From a virus (Duplodnaviria > Caudoviricetes), in IMG/VR virus record IMGVR_UViG_3300031993_000067, positions 3,622-67,621 of that record: DNA of 64,000 bases. One strand, written 5' to 3'. Below the pieces are notes generated by a model. That model did no database searches. It was given only the letters and a program-made list of their open reading frames with translations, and was not told where the DNA came from. A program made the position numbers and the translations under genes. How positions within the stretch are numbered: position 1 is the first letter of the stretch; each line of letters starts with the position of its first letter. Below, in pieces: positions 18,607-29,300 of this stretch.

Positions 18607-20268
18607 TTAACTATTAAAACAGCCCCAGTCGCCGCGCCTAATCTTCTTCGCGGTCTTGGCGGCATCAGCGCGGTCAACGCAGTAGATCAGCGACTCAATG
18701 AAGTCCGGAGAGTGGCCGATAATGTTTTTCATATCGGTCTTCTTGATCAGCGAGCGCGGGTTCTCGTCCTCTTTCCACTTGAGGACGAGCCGTTCCTGCA
18801 TCAGCCGGTCTTCTATCGTGAACGGAAGTTTCTTCTCGGAGAAGGTCTTCCGGAGTACGGCTTCGTCAATGGACATTTGCCCTGTCTGGAGCTTTTCTAT
18901 AAGGATTCCCGCGCACTCTGACTTGCGCGTGGTGTATTGTGTCTTGTCCCTTGCCGGTGCCTTGTTGTCGAACGCGAAGCAGTTGCGCATATCCTCGGAC
19001 TGCTTGACCCAGTTCCCGATGCCGTTGACATCGAAAGCGAAGTTCTCGTCCGGGATATTGTTCCGGCGCAGGAACGCCTTGATCCTCGGAATGACATCTT
19101 CGGAGGTGAGCCACCTCGCGGCATCGACATCTATGATATGCCAACCATCCATAGCCCAAAGCACGAGCCAGTCGTCGCGGAGGGCGATGTCGCCGCCGCC
19201 AACGCGCGTTCCGTTCACGAGCGGGGCGCACTGGAAGAAGTTGTGCATGTCGTTTGCGGTGACGAGGGCGCCGCTATCATCAACATCCCTCCAGACGCCC
19301 TTGATGTCGTTGATGGTCGAGCGGGAGCCGCCGGAGGAGATGCGGTTCATATACTTCGGGTCGGACACATGGAGGATGGCATTCTCGGAGTAGTCGCCGT
19401 CGATGAAGGTTAGCGAGGTAATGAAATTCTTGTACTCCTCGTCAGGGTTGTCGGTGAGGGTGCAAATCTTGTTGTGTGCATTCGGATTCTCATATACCTC
19501 CTCCGGAGTGTCGCCCCAAGCTATCTCGGTGATGTCTTCACCATAGCGGCAGAAGTACCGCAGTACGCCGGAGCGCTCCGGGATAGCCTCGTCCGTTTCC
19601 GGGTCTATCCACCAACTCACGAAATGCCGCAGGGCGTTCGACTTGCCGACCGGGTTGCAGGTGCAGATGAAACGGGAGGGGAGTCCTGTGGTGGATCGGT
19701 TGGAACCCATCAGGTCGAAGATGACATTGAGGTTTTCCTTCGTGAACTCCGCAAGCTCCTCGATCACGATGTAGGGCATCTCGGCACCACGGAATCGGTC
19801 TTTCACTTGCTTGAGGTCGGCGAGGTGTTCCATCTTCATCGTTGCGCCGTTGCCGTTGTAGAACTTCGCCTCGAATGAGGTGTCTGCGAAAGAGGCGAAA
19901 CCACGGAATAGCGGCTTGCAGGACTTCCAGATACCTCGCTTTACATCAGCCTCAAGGCGGCGGAATCCGTACATGTTCACATCCGGATTGTCTGCATAGT
20001 AGAAAGAACCGATGAGGCTGACGGCGGTCTTACCTGAGCCACGCGAACCACCGCAAATCACGATGTCCGCCTGACTTGTCAAGACTTTCTCCTGGAAACC
20101 GGCCTGTGGGATGATGTTGTAGAGGCGCTTACCTTTCCGCTTGAGGTCAAGATTCTCCATCCTGATCTTCTCGGCATACTCGTAAGTATAGACCTCCATC
20201 CCATATTCAAGGAACACGGGATCAAAGATGTTCGCTTCGGTATGAGGTTGCACCGTCATTTGCGGCAA
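18607..20268 (-). CDS. terL: Terminase large subunit
   Basis: QEKVL...GGSRGSGKT Walker A, IVIEELAEF Walker B, CTCNP; nuclease GGDIAL...FDVNGIG...HSPDFIES. Confidence 0.9.
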   Translation of the reverse strand: MPQMTVQPHTEANIFDPVFLEYGMEVYTYEYAEKIRMENLDLKRKGKRLYNIIPQAGFQEKVLTSQADIVICGGSRGSGKTAVSLIGSFYYADNPDVNMYGFRRLEADVKRGIWKSCKPLFRGFASFADTSFEAKFYNGNGATMKMEHLADLKQVKDRFRGAEMPYIVIEELAEFTKENLNVIFDLMGSNRSTTGLPSRFICTCNPVGKSNALRHFVSWWIDPETDEAIPERSGVLRYFCRYGEDITEIAWGDTPEEVYENPNAHNKICTLTDNPDEEYKNFITSLTFIDGDYSENAILHVSDPKYMNRISSGGSRSTINDIKGVWRDVDDSGALVTANDMHNFFQCAPLVNGTRVGGGDIALRDDWLVLWAMDGWHIIDVDAARWLTSEDVIPRIKAFLRRNNIPDENFAFDVNGIGNWVKQSEDMRNCFAFDNKAPARDKTQYTTRKSECAGILIEKLQTGQMSIDEAVLRKTFSEKKLPFTIEDRLMQERLVLKWKEDENPRSLIKKTDMKNIIGHSPDFIESLIYCVDRADAAKTAKKIRRGDWGCFNS

Positions 20269-20339
20269 AAATGCAAAAATGTTATTTTAAGTGAAACTTT
20301 TTGTTGCACTTGAAACAACCTCTTTTTATTTTTGCCCGT

Positions 20340-20492
20340 GTGGAAGGAGAAAAGAATACAGAAAAGCGCTACTGCCGATATTGCGGCAGTCGGCTAATGG
20401 TTGATGTGAAAGCCTTGCACGGCAAGGTGACGCTTGAGGTTAAATGCACCAAGTGCAAGCGCCAGAACATCATCGAAGAAGAAAATAGTTAG
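20340..20492 (+). CDS. Mu Com-like zinc-finger regulator
   Basis: RYCRYCGSRL...EVKCTKCKRQN; probable GTG start just after TATTTTTG at 20327-20334. Confidence 0.8.
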   Translation: MEGEKNTEKRYCRYCGSRLMVDVKALHGKVTLEVKCTKCKRQNIIEEENS

Positions 20493-20540
20493 CGTACCAT
20501 AGCGTACCATAGCGGCTATCAGCGTTCCTGCGCGAACCAT
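20491..20540 (+). repeat. Five 10-nt periodic units after the Com-like gene
   Basis: AGCGTACCAT AGCGTACCAT AGCGGCTATC AGCGTTCCTG CGCGAACCAT. Confidence 0.75.
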
Positions 20541-20542
20541 CG

Positions 20543-20587
20543 GCCCGGAGTACAAGTCCAGATACGGATTTGCGCTTCGGGCTTTTT
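20543..20587 (+). terminator. Long hairpin plus T-run between Com-like and scaffold genes (attenuator candidate)
   Basis: GCCCGGAGTACAAGTCC-AGATAC-GGATTTGCGCTTCGGGC-TTTTT. Confidence 0.7.
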
Positions 20588-20612
20588 GTATAACCCAAAT
20601 ACGATCATTGAA

Positions 20613-21275
20613 ATGAAAGAAAAAATCATTGCAGAACTCAAAACTGCTTACGCGAAGCTGGGGTTGAGTGATGAGGCTTTTGACGGGGTCGCCTCTCTGC
20701 TGGAGAAAACTGTCACCGAGGAATCCGAGATTGCAACTGCTGTAAGCGGGGACAATGTTAAGAACCTCCTCAAAACCATTCAGGGCCAGGTCGATTCGTG
20801 GAAGAACAAGTACCACGATAAGGCCAAGGAACTGAACAGCTACAAGGAGAAGCACCCGGACACCGATCCGGGGAAGACCGATCCTGACACCAAGGCTGAC
20901 GACGACGAACCCGCGTGGGCGAAGCGGTTACGCGAACAGAACGAGGCGATTGCAGCGCGTTTCGAGGCGGAAGACAACGCCAAGAAAGCAGCGGCGAACC
21001 TCCAGGCTGTTGAAGCGAAACTCAAAGCCGCCGGGTGTGTCAATGCCGGAATCCTCAAGGGGGTCCTCAAGGGCTTCGCGCTCGGAAAGGACGAAGATGT
21101 GGATGCTGCCGCGACGAGACTCCAGGAGGAGTACAACAACTCTTACAAGGAGATTTTCGGCGATGGCCCTCAGCCTGGGTTCGGAAGCGGAAACTTCAAT
21201 CCCGACCCGAAAGCCAACATCAACAAGATGAACGACATTCTGCGTCAGGAAGGGCTTCTCCCGGCAAACGAGTAA
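20613..21275 (+). CDS. Capsid scaffolding protein
   Basis: Charged coiled-coil with EPAWAK motif, upstream of the capsid genes. Confidence 0.7.
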   Translation: MKEKIIAELKTAYAKLGLSDEAFDGVASLLEKTVTEESEIATAVSGDNVKNLLKTIQGQVDSWKNKYHDKAKELNSYKEKHPDTDPGKTDPDTKADDDEPAWAKRLREQNEAIAARFEAEDNAKKAAANLQAVEAKLKAAGCVNAGILKGVLKGFALGKDEDVDAAATRLQEEYNNSYKEIFGDGPQPGFGSGNFNPDPKANINKMNDILRQEGLLPANE

Positions 21276-21297
21276 ACCCTTTTAAAAACAAACAGCA

Positions 21298-22014
21298 ATG
21301 CCTACTTTCAGCTCATTCAACGCCTATGGCTCCGAGTCCATTGAAATCGGACAGAGCCATGTTCCCGTGTGGCTGGGTAATGTCTCTCCCGTTCCCGTGG
21401 GCGGCAACCTTGCAAGCGACTTCTTGAAGAAGGGCATCCTGATCGGTGCCGGTTCTCCAATCAAGTACGCCAACAAGGTGATCACCCCGTTCGTCGGCTG
21501 GGAGGTCGTTTCCTTCACCGGTGCTTCCGGCTCCGAGACGGTGGATACCATCGTCATCAAGCCCGCTGTTCTCGGCAATGTCACCATGCTTCCCGCCGTC
21601 GATGACAAGATCATGAAGGTCGGTTCCACCTTTGCCGCCACCGGCAAGGCCGCAGCCGTCGCCTCCATCGCTCTCATCGAAGAGGGTCAGAACGCTGGCA
21701 ACTATGCCGTGACCGTCCTCCACTCTGCCACCATCGACTCCGTGAGTGCTGGCGATGTCCTCGCCCTCTCCTCCGCCGAGTCTGCTGGTTCGAGCAAGTC
21801 TCTCAAGGTGCAGCCCAATGCGTACCTCTACAACGACATCTACCTCGGCAACCTCGATGACTCAGCCGCCGCCAAGAGCGCCAAGACCATCGCCGCCACT
21901 GGTGCTGTCGTCCAGTTCCACAAGTATGGTCTGCTCGTCGATATGACCTCCAGCGCTGCTGTGAAGGCCCAGATGCAGAAGGCCGTACCGGGTGTTCTCC
22001 AGGTTGAAGTGTAA
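21298..22014 (+). CDS. Head decoration / auxiliary capsid protein
   Basis: Position between scaffold and major capsid; beta-rich. Confidence 0.6.
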   Translation: MPTFSSFNAYGSESIEIGQSHVPVWLGNVSPVPVGGNLASDFLKKGILIGAGSPIKYANKVITPFVGWEVVSFTGASGSETVDTIVIKPAVLGNVTMLPAVDDKIMKVGSTFAATGKAAAVASIALIEEGQNAGNYAVTVLHSATIDSVSAGDVLALSSAESAGSSKSLKVQPNAYLYNDIYLGNLDDSAAAKSAKTIAATGAVVQFHKYGLLVDMTSSAAVKAQMQKAVPGVLQVEV

Positions 22015-22037
22015 TCCCGCAAAAAAGAGAAATCACT

Positions 22038-23204
22038 ATGGATACCTATCAGATTCAATTCTATGATCTGCTCTCCCGCGCACTCGTTGGTGGGCAGACC
22101 CTTCAGGACTTCCTGGACAACACGATGGCCTTGAAGTACAACAAGCTCCAGCTCGACGGTTTCGCTTTCGACCCGTTTATGCTGGATGACTTCGCGTACA
22201 CCCAGACCGTGACCGAACTCGCCATCAACCCGGTCGCTCAATACTACGATGTCGATTCCCCGGCTCTGCCCGACGGAACTCGCGGTGGTAAGGAGTACAC
22301 CGGCAAGATTCCTCGTATGAAGAAGGTCGAGTTCTTCAACGAGGACAAGATTCGCAAGATGCGCAAGATCGAGCGTCGCCGTGACATCTCTGCCGAGGCG
22401 GTTCAGGCCGCTGCCTACCGTAACCTGTTCATCACCGTGGACAAGCTCATCGGTGGTCACACCAACGCCCTGACCTACCAGCGCCACCAGGCCGTCTCTG
22501 CCGGTAAGTTCACCATCTCTGCCGCGAACAACCCGAAGGGTATCAAGGATGTCACCCTTGACTACCATGTGCCTGCCGCCAACAAGACCACGCTGACCAG
22601 CACGGCCCGTTGGTGGACTTCCAGCACCCACACCACCGCGAACGAGGGTGCCGACTCCGACCCCGTGAAGGACCTCAGCGACATCGTGGCGAAGGCTCGC
22701 TACGCTGGCATCCGTGGCCACTTCGAGGTTGAGATCGACTACCTCAAGGAGTGCCTTGCCCACAGCAAGGTCCTCGCGCAGATCGGCATCTCTCTGCTGC
22801 CCGCTTCGGATTCCACCGCGCAGATCGCTTTCGCGCGTTCCCGGAATTACGATGTTCGGCTTGCCGAACTTGAGGGTCTTATCGGCGCTCCGATCAAGGC
22901 GATCGACTCGCTCGTCGCCATCGAGAGCTTCGACAAGGCGAACAAGGCGCTCGTCGCTGCCAACACCAACGCCTTCAACAAGGATGTCTGGGTGTTCGTA
23001 CCGGACGGCACGATCGGCACCGTTCAGACCGTGGAGCCTATCGCCATCGCTGGCGGTGACTACTCACAGTTCTACGGCGGGAAGCTGCTCATGACCGTGG
23101 ATGTGGACGCTGTGACCAAGTTCCAGGGCATCTACACCGAGATGACCTCCCTGGTCATTCCGACCATGCCGCAGTACATGTGGTATCTCTTCCCGAACGC
23201 TTAG
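22038..23204 (+). CDS. Major capsid protein (lambda E-like HK97 fold)
   Basis: 388 aa, strongly biased codons; DYHVPAANK...W...ADSDPVKDL pattern. Confidence 0.85.
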   Translation: MDTYQIQFYDLLSRALVGGQTLQDFLDNTMALKYNKLQLDGFAFDPFMLDDFAYTQTVTELAINPVAQYYDVDSPALPDGTRGGKEYTGKIPRMKKVEFFNEDKIRKMRKIERRRDISAEAVQAAAYRNLFITVDKLIGGHTNALTYQRHQAVSAGKFTISAANNPKGIKDVTLDYHVPAANKTTLTSTARWWTSSTHTTANEGADSDPVKDLSDIVAKARYAGIRGHFEVEIDYLKECLAHSKVLAQIGISLLPASDSTAQIAFARSRNYDVRLAELEGLIGAPIKAIDSLVAIESFDKANKALVAANTNAFNKDVWVFVPDGTIGTVQTVEPIAIAGGDYSQFYGGKLLMTVDVDAVTKFQGIYTEMTSLVIPTMPQYMWYLFPNA

Positions 23205-23241
23205 TTCTTTGAAAACGAGTTAGTGAAAACCGACGGAAGAA

Positions 23242-23616
23242 ATGGCAAGTATCGCAAATAACATGACGATGGTGGCTTGGCTTCGTTCCAAGTGCGACCC
23301 CTATATGGATTTCTCCGATGACTTCATCTACGCAACGCTCCTTGGTAGGGGTGTTGACGACGACGATCAGAAGGTGTCCGCAACCTCGGAGAAAACACGC
23401 GACCTGTGTCTTGCGGATTGTTATGTTGCGGCTGCCGTTTCTTCCACCAAGTCGGGAACGCAGGGAGAAGCAGATGGTGGTTGGACTCACTATGTGGCGA
23501 TTAAGAATGTCATTAGCCGGGATGCTTTGATGCAGATGGCGCGTGACCTCTACGCCAAGTGGGGAGAACCGTTCACCGATCCGCGCCCGAAAATCACCAT
23601 GAAATCGCTCTACTGA
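23242..23616 (+). CDS. Head-tail connector
   Basis: 124 aa after capsid; RDLCLAD motif. Confidence 0.6.
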   Translation: MASIANNMTMVAWLRSKCDPYMDFSDDFIYATLLGRGVDDDDQKVSATSEKTRDLCLADCYVAAAVSSTKSGTQGEADGGWTHYVAIKNVISRDALMQMARDLYAKWGEPFTDPRPKITMKSLY

Positions 23617-24026
23617 TGTATAACCCCAGATGGCCCTATACCTTCGTCGTGGCTGGCGAGAGCCTGGACGAGAACGGCGTTCCGGTTACGGACGAGAATG
23701 GGATACCTGTTGTGTCTTCGATGACCATAAAGCAGGTCGTCTATGACGGACGCTGGAATCCCATCCGCAACGCAGCCGGGCAGTTCAAGACCAAGGATGT
23801 CACCACCGTACCCTGGGGGTATAGGACATCAACGGGGGGTATGAAGACGAGCGGTGAGGTGATTGTCGCGGATTACAAGGTTTCATGCCCGATGCTCTTG
23901 ACTGACATTCCTACCGGGACGGTCCTCCTGATGACTGATGCGGTACACACCTTCCGCGTCACGGTGGTCAAGATGACCACATACAACTGGGGGACGAATC
24001 TTTGGGTGGATAATGTCAAGAACTGA
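23616..24026 (+). CDS. Head closure / head-tail adaptor
   Basis: MYNPRWP...; TGATG overlap with the previous gene; synteny. Confidence 0.6.
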   Translation: MYNPRWPYTFVVAGESLDENGVPVTDENGIPVVSSMTIKQVVYDGRWNPIRNAAGQFKTKDVTTVPWGYRTSTGGMKTSGEVIVADYKVSCPMLLTDIPTGTVLLMTDAVHTFRVTVVKMTTYNWGTNLWVDNVKN

Positions 24027-24454
24027 TGGGAAAGGAGAAAAACGAATCAACCATCAAGCGGGCATTCGCCCGCCTGCAAGAGCGTAAGGATACGATCATC
24101 CGCGAGGGTATGATCAACCTGGCGAAAGCGGGGCTTGAGTATCTGGTCGCGGTGCATAACATGCACGAAATGTTCATGGCGCACACGACCGAAACAGACA
24201 CGCTTGCCTATGCCGTAGCACACGATGGTCTTATCGTCGCGTCCGGATGCCACAATGGTGGCGATGATGACCTTCCTGGTTCTGCAACGGATGCGGCCAT
24301 TTCGATTCTCTCCGGCACTTCCGGCTGGGTAGCGGTGATCCTTTCAGAAATGGAGGGGTATTACCGGGTTGACTACGAGCAGGACTTCCTGTTCGATGTG
24401 TCATTCCACACCGTCGCCGAGTTCCAAACCTACTTTAAGAAGATAGACCGATGA
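24026..24454 (+). CDS. Neck / tail-completion protein
   Basis: Synteny; GWVAVI...YY motif. Confidence 0.55.
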   Translation: MGKEKNESTIKRAFARLQERKDTIIREGMINLAKAGLEYLVAVHNMHEMFMAHTTETDTLAYAVAHDGLIVASGCHNGGDDDLPGSATDAAISILSGTSGWVAVILSEMEGYYRVDYEQDFLFDVSFHTVAEFQTYFKKIDR

Positions 24455-24837
24455 ACGATTTTGACATTACCGCCATAGAGACTCTTGTTACCGACGAGGT
24501 AAGGAAACTCAGTGTTTCCTCCAATGTCTGGAACAATCGCCCCAAGTCCACCTCTGATACCATCAACGACTTCGTTGTCGTCAAGGTGTCTGGAGGGGTT
24601 ACGGACAGGTGCGCGTTTGGTGAATGCGTCATCTCCATCCGTCTCTTCGCAAGGGATGTGAAGGAGATGAAGAACAAGAAGAGGCTATCGGTTATGCAGA
24701 AGGCGGCAGAAGGTCTTCCGATTTGGATAGAACCGCTGCTCATCAAAGGCAATCCGACGATTGTAGGCGACACTCCCGACGACTTCGGTTTCCACGCTCG
24801 TATCATGAATTTCAAGGCTTACATCAAATCAAAATAA
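24451..24837 (+). CDS. Tail terminator
   Basis: 128 aa directly before the major tail protein. Confidence 0.6.
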   Translation: MNDFDITAIETLVTDEVRKLSVSSNVWNNRPKSTSDTINDFVVVKVSGGVTDRCAFGECVISIRLFARDVKEMKNKKRLSVMQKAAEGLPIWIEPLLIKGNPTIVGDTPDDFGFHARIMNFKAYIKSK

Positions 24838-24844
24838 CAATCCT

Positions 24845-25471
24845 ATGCCTACTCTTACCCACGCGATGCTTGACGACCTCCACATCGGTAACGCATCCCT
24901 CTCTCTGCTCCCGTACTCCGCTTCGGGAGTGGACATCACTTCTGGGCTGGACTTCTCCCAGGCGGACCAGATTTTCACCCTTGAGGGGACCTTCAACCTT
25001 GAGAGTGACGACCCGTCCAACACGGATGTCAAGATCGACCAGCACCAGGAGGTGATCGACACCCAGATTGACAAGGGCGGCAACTGGCGCATGACGGGCA
25101 ACATCCCGTCCGTCGCCGAGGCCCTGCTTGCCTACTTCTTCCCGGACGGCGCAGCCGTTGCTGCCGGAACCGCGTCTCATCCGACCGGTGTTACCGGCGC
25201 CGACGGCAATGCGTACTACACCGGCAAGGGCTTCCTCGCCACGCCGGAAACCGTCGAGGTCACGATCCTCGCCGAGTCCGAGTCCAAGAACACGGCCATC
25301 CTGTTCCCTCATGTCAAGATGATCGTGTCGAAGCCGAAGAAGGACGACAACAACAACCCGGCGTACCTCTCCTTCGTGGGGTATGTTCTTCCGAACCCCT
25401 ACAAGAAGGGCGAGAACCTGGTTGGCGACTTCGCCGTCCTCAAGGCGACCAACAAACCTGGGAACGCTTAA
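24845..25471 (+). CDS. Major tail tube protein
   Basis: 208 aa, biased codons, followed by a terminator and the chaperone gene. Confidence 0.75.
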   Translation: MPTLTHAMLDDLHIGNASLSLLPYSASGVDITSGLDFSQADQIFTLEGTFNLESDDPSNTDVKIDQHQEVIDTQIDKGGNWRMTGNIPSVAEALLAYFFPDGAAVAAGTASHPTGVTGADGNAYYTGKGFLATPETVEVTILAESESKNTAILFPHVKMIVSKPKKDDNNNPAYLSFVGYVLPNPYKKGENLVGDFAVLKATNKPGNA

Positions 25472-25496
25472 CAGCTCTCATCACAATTCCTTGTCC

Positions 25497-25527
25497 GGGG
25501 GCGGGGTCAAAAGCCCTGCCCCTTTTT
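25497..25527 (+). terminator. Intrinsic terminator after the major tail gene
   Basis: GGGGCGGGG-TCAAAAG-CCCTGCCCC-TTTTT. Confidence 0.75.
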
Positions 25528-25539
25528 AAATGAAAAGAT

Positions 25540-26106
25540 ATGAAGCAACCCGACCTCATAGCAAGAAAGGACTACATCGACATCGTGAAGGATGCGCCCA
25601 CCGAGATTCGCATCGGCAAGCGGCGTTTTCAGATACATTGGATCAAGCCGTACACGATGGAGCGGTTGACCGAGGTGTGGCTTGAGCGCGACCTGGCATC
25701 CGCCGAGGTGCGCAAGGGCGCAGATGTCCTTAAAGACATGTGCAAGGAGCCGTATTTCGCTTTCAAGGAAGCGGCGCTGATGATTCTTAACAACGACATC
25801 AAGATTCGCCTTTTCTACGGATTCCTGTGGCGCTATCTGGCGCACAAGTACGACGAGACGCAGATTGCGCAGATAGTCAAAGCGGGTAAAAAAAAACTTC
25901 CGCTGGAGGCGCATTACAGAGTTATCGCGTTCTCGATGGATATGAGGACGGATGTGATGAAGATGACGGCGAAGGAAGCCGAGCAGTACCGAGCCGAACT
26001 GCTCTTGGCTGCGAAGCAGCTTTCGTCAAAGACTTCCCGGCCTACGGACGCCCTCGCTGGCGGCTTGGCCGATGGGAAAGGAACTTCGGGTACAGGTGCA
26101 TCCTGA
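25540..26106 (+). CDS. Tail assembly chaperone (G-like, zero frame)
   Basis: Between tail tube and tape measure; GKKK slippery site. Confidence 0.75.
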   Translation: MKQPDLIARKDYIDIVKDAPTEIRIGKRRFQIHWIKPYTMERLTEVWLERDLASAEVRKGADVLKDMCKEPYFAFKEAALMILNNDIKIRLFYGFLWRYLAHKYDETQIAQIVKAGKKKLPLEAHYRVIAFSMDMRTDVMKMTAKEAEQYRAELLLAAKQLSSKTSRPTDALAGGLADGKGTSGTGAS

Positions 26107-26321
26107 CCTGCGCCCAGATTGAACTGATGCAGTCCGACCTGCCGCACACGCTCTACAAGAGGCCGAACCGGAAAGACGGCAAGAGCGGCGGTAGCCAGGG
26201 CGGGTTCAAGTACAACGAGAATGATCCGGCCATCCAGAAGCAACTGGAGGCCAACAAGAGAGCCGCCTTGCGCAAGGCGCACAAGAGCGGCGAATATACA
26301 ACAGAACAGTTATTCCAATAA
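25540..26321 (+). CDS. Tail assembly chaperone GT-like product via -1 frameshift at the A9 run 25888-25896
   Basis: The -1 frame has TAA at 25887 and is then open from 25890 to 26321 (SAGGALQSYRVLDGYEDGCDEDDGEGS...ILTCAQIELMQSDLP). Confidence 0.75.
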
Positions 26322-26332
26322 TCACATAGTCT

Positions 26333-29300
26333 ATGGCAGCGGGTACGATAGATTCATTGAACTTTGAGGTTCTTCTGGACGACAAGCAGTTTGACGCGAA
26401 GATCAAGAGCGATCTCGCCAATGCTGAGAAGTTCAACACGCAGTTGTCGAAAGTCCTTGATTTCCGTGGGAAAATCCGCGACACGAACCAGCACCTTACC
26501 GGTACGAGTTCGGCGCTTCGGACCATCTCGCAGTTGACCGGCGTTGCTTTCAGCGCCGTCGGCGTCCGTCGTTTCCTCTCCTCGCTGATCGAGATTACCG
26601 GTCAGTTCGAGGTGCAGAAGATGGCCTTGCGGAACATGGTGCAGGACATCGACAAGGCGGACAAGATATTTGAAGACCTCTACAACTTCTCCTCGAAGTC
26701 CACTTATCGGTTCTCGGAACTCGCCAAGTATGCCAAGCAGTTGGCTGCATTCAGCATTGAGTCCAACGACCTGCTTGATACCACCAAGCGCTTGGGCGAT
26801 GTAGCTTCCGGAATTGGTGTCTCGATGGATCGCATCATCCTGGCATACGGCCATGTAAAGTCCTCCGGTTTCCTGCGTGGCATCCAGCTCCGTTCATTCG
26901 CCCAGAACGGCGTCCCGGTGCTTGAGGAACTTTCCAAGATGCTTACCGAAACATCCGGGAAGATGGTTACGCTTGGCGATGTCTTCGACAAGATGACTCG
27001 GCGAGAGATTACTTTTGAGATGGTTGAGGAGGCATTCAAGCGTATGACGAGCGAGGGAGGGAAGTTCTATAAGATGCAAGAGGTGTTGGCGAAGACCCTC
27101 GCAGGTCAGATCAACATCCTCAAGGGCAAGTGGGAGAACTTGATGTATGCTATGGGAGAATCCCAGGAGGGAATATTGAAGGGTGTAGTTGGCGCCCTTA
27201 CCAAGATTGTTTCCTCTACTGAATCGTTCGGGCAGGCCGTCTCTTGGGCTATCGGAATACTCGGCGGATGGAAGGTAGCATCCTTGATTGCGGCGGCGGC
27301 GACCGATACGCTTACTGCATCACAGATTCGTCTTATCTCGGTTGTGGGCAACGCAGTTAGCGTGGCTTTGAGACCATACACCCTCTTTGCTACTGCTATT
27401 GCAGCAACCGTTGGTGCTATCGTCAAAGCGGAGAAAGATGTCCAGTCGTTGGAGTCTTCCGGAAACAAGGTGAGGGAGGCTGCAATAAAGAACAATGAAA
27501 AGTATATCACAACACTCAACGCAGAGACCCGCGAGCTTGATAAACTCTACGAGCGCGTAAGACACGCGAAAGAGGGAACGGAGGAATATACAACGGCTAA
27601 ACTTGCCCTTGAGAATAGGTTCTCTCCGTACATCAACCAACTCAAGGCAGAGGGTGTCGAGGTCGGAAATCTCGCCGTGCTATATGATGGTCTGGCCACA
27701 AAGGTCCGCGAGGCCAACAAGCAAAGGTTCCTTGAGTCCGCGCAAGAGAGCATCTTGGGCGCAAAGGAGGCAGAGATGAAGACCATTGAGGAGCGGTTTA
27801 ATGCTATCATTGGTCAGATGAATAAGCGTCTTGGCGGAGAACTCTCTATGTCAGACCAGGCGAGCATCTGGTCTTACATGATGGGCGACCTCAACGCGCT
27901 TACTGGGCTGAGTTCGGAGGCCCGCGCGATTCTGAACAAGCGAGAGAAGGGCATCCATAAGAACAAACTCGCATACCAGAACTATACCTTCCTCGACCAG
28001 ATAAACGATGTTCGTGAGGGATACGAGTCCTTGATGGATGTCTATTCCAGCAAGATGGAGGAGGCCGTGACACTCTATCAAAACACGATGTCGAAAATCG
28101 GTGATGCCAACGAGGATGGATCAGAGAATGTCTATAAGTTGTCGTCTATTATTGAAGGCATCAAGAAGTTCGACAAGGACATCGAGGCACTTCGTCGCAA
28201 GGCAAAGAGTGATTCCGGACTTACCGAGGCCGAGAAGAATCGTCTTGATGCGCTCGTTGAGAGCAGGGAGGAACAGGCGAAACTCTATAAGTCGATTATG
28301 GGCGTTGATTATGACAAGTTCATCAAATCGTCCACGAGAGAGCAGAATCAGGCCGTCAAGGATCGCATCCAGAACCTCAAGGCGGAAATCGCTATCTTTG
28401 AGAAGTACCGCGATGCGAGGGAGAAATTGCAGCCGTATTTCGGCGGCGATACCAACAACCAGCTTGCCACGCTCTTCGGGGGTGATGCTGCGAGCTACGA
28501 CAACATTGATACTGCCCTGCAAAAACTCATCAGTGACCTCAAGGCGCTCGGAGAAGAAGGCACCCAGGCCGCCGAGCAGATAGAGGTCAGGCTTGGCACC
28601 GATGCGCTCGGCCTCCTACTCAAGCGTCAGAAGGCGCTCAAAGCCTACGAGGATAGTAAGTCCCGTTGGATGACCGAGGAGTATGGTTTCGGCGGCGGTG
28701 ACGGCACGGAGAGAGATGTCCGGAAGATTGTCACCGACCTGATCGAAGCGAACAACAAGGCGCTTGAGAAGTACAAGGAGAACGCCGAGAAAGCGCGTGA
28801 GGCGCACAAGGGTGACGAGCAAGCAATCCGCGCAGAGATTGCCGCTCTGAACGATCTCCTCTTTGCGGAGCGCGAGTACAACAAGCAGCAGGCGCAGTCC
28901 GCCATCAATGCTCTGGCGAGGGGCAAGGCGCAGGAACTTGCGTCTGGATTCGATATGCGCGACTGGGGCGATAAGAGTATCGGCCAGGTTCGCGGCATTT
29001 GGCGTGGCCTTTCCGAACTCGCTAAGAACCCCGACATCCAGCTTGACTCCAAAACGAACGAATTGCTCACCAAGGCCGGTATCACCCTTGAGAAGTTCCG
29101 CACCAAGACCAAGGAGGAGCTTGACAAGATGACCGAAGAGGCCAAGGAGGAGTACCATAAGAAAATCGGTGAACTCGTCCAGGAGGTGGTCGGCGATTTC
29201 ACGCAGGTTTCAAGCGCCATACAAGGGTATGCCGAGGCGACGGGCAACCTCGGCCTCGCTGCCGCTGCCGAAGACTTTTCTTTCCTTGCGAATATGGTTG

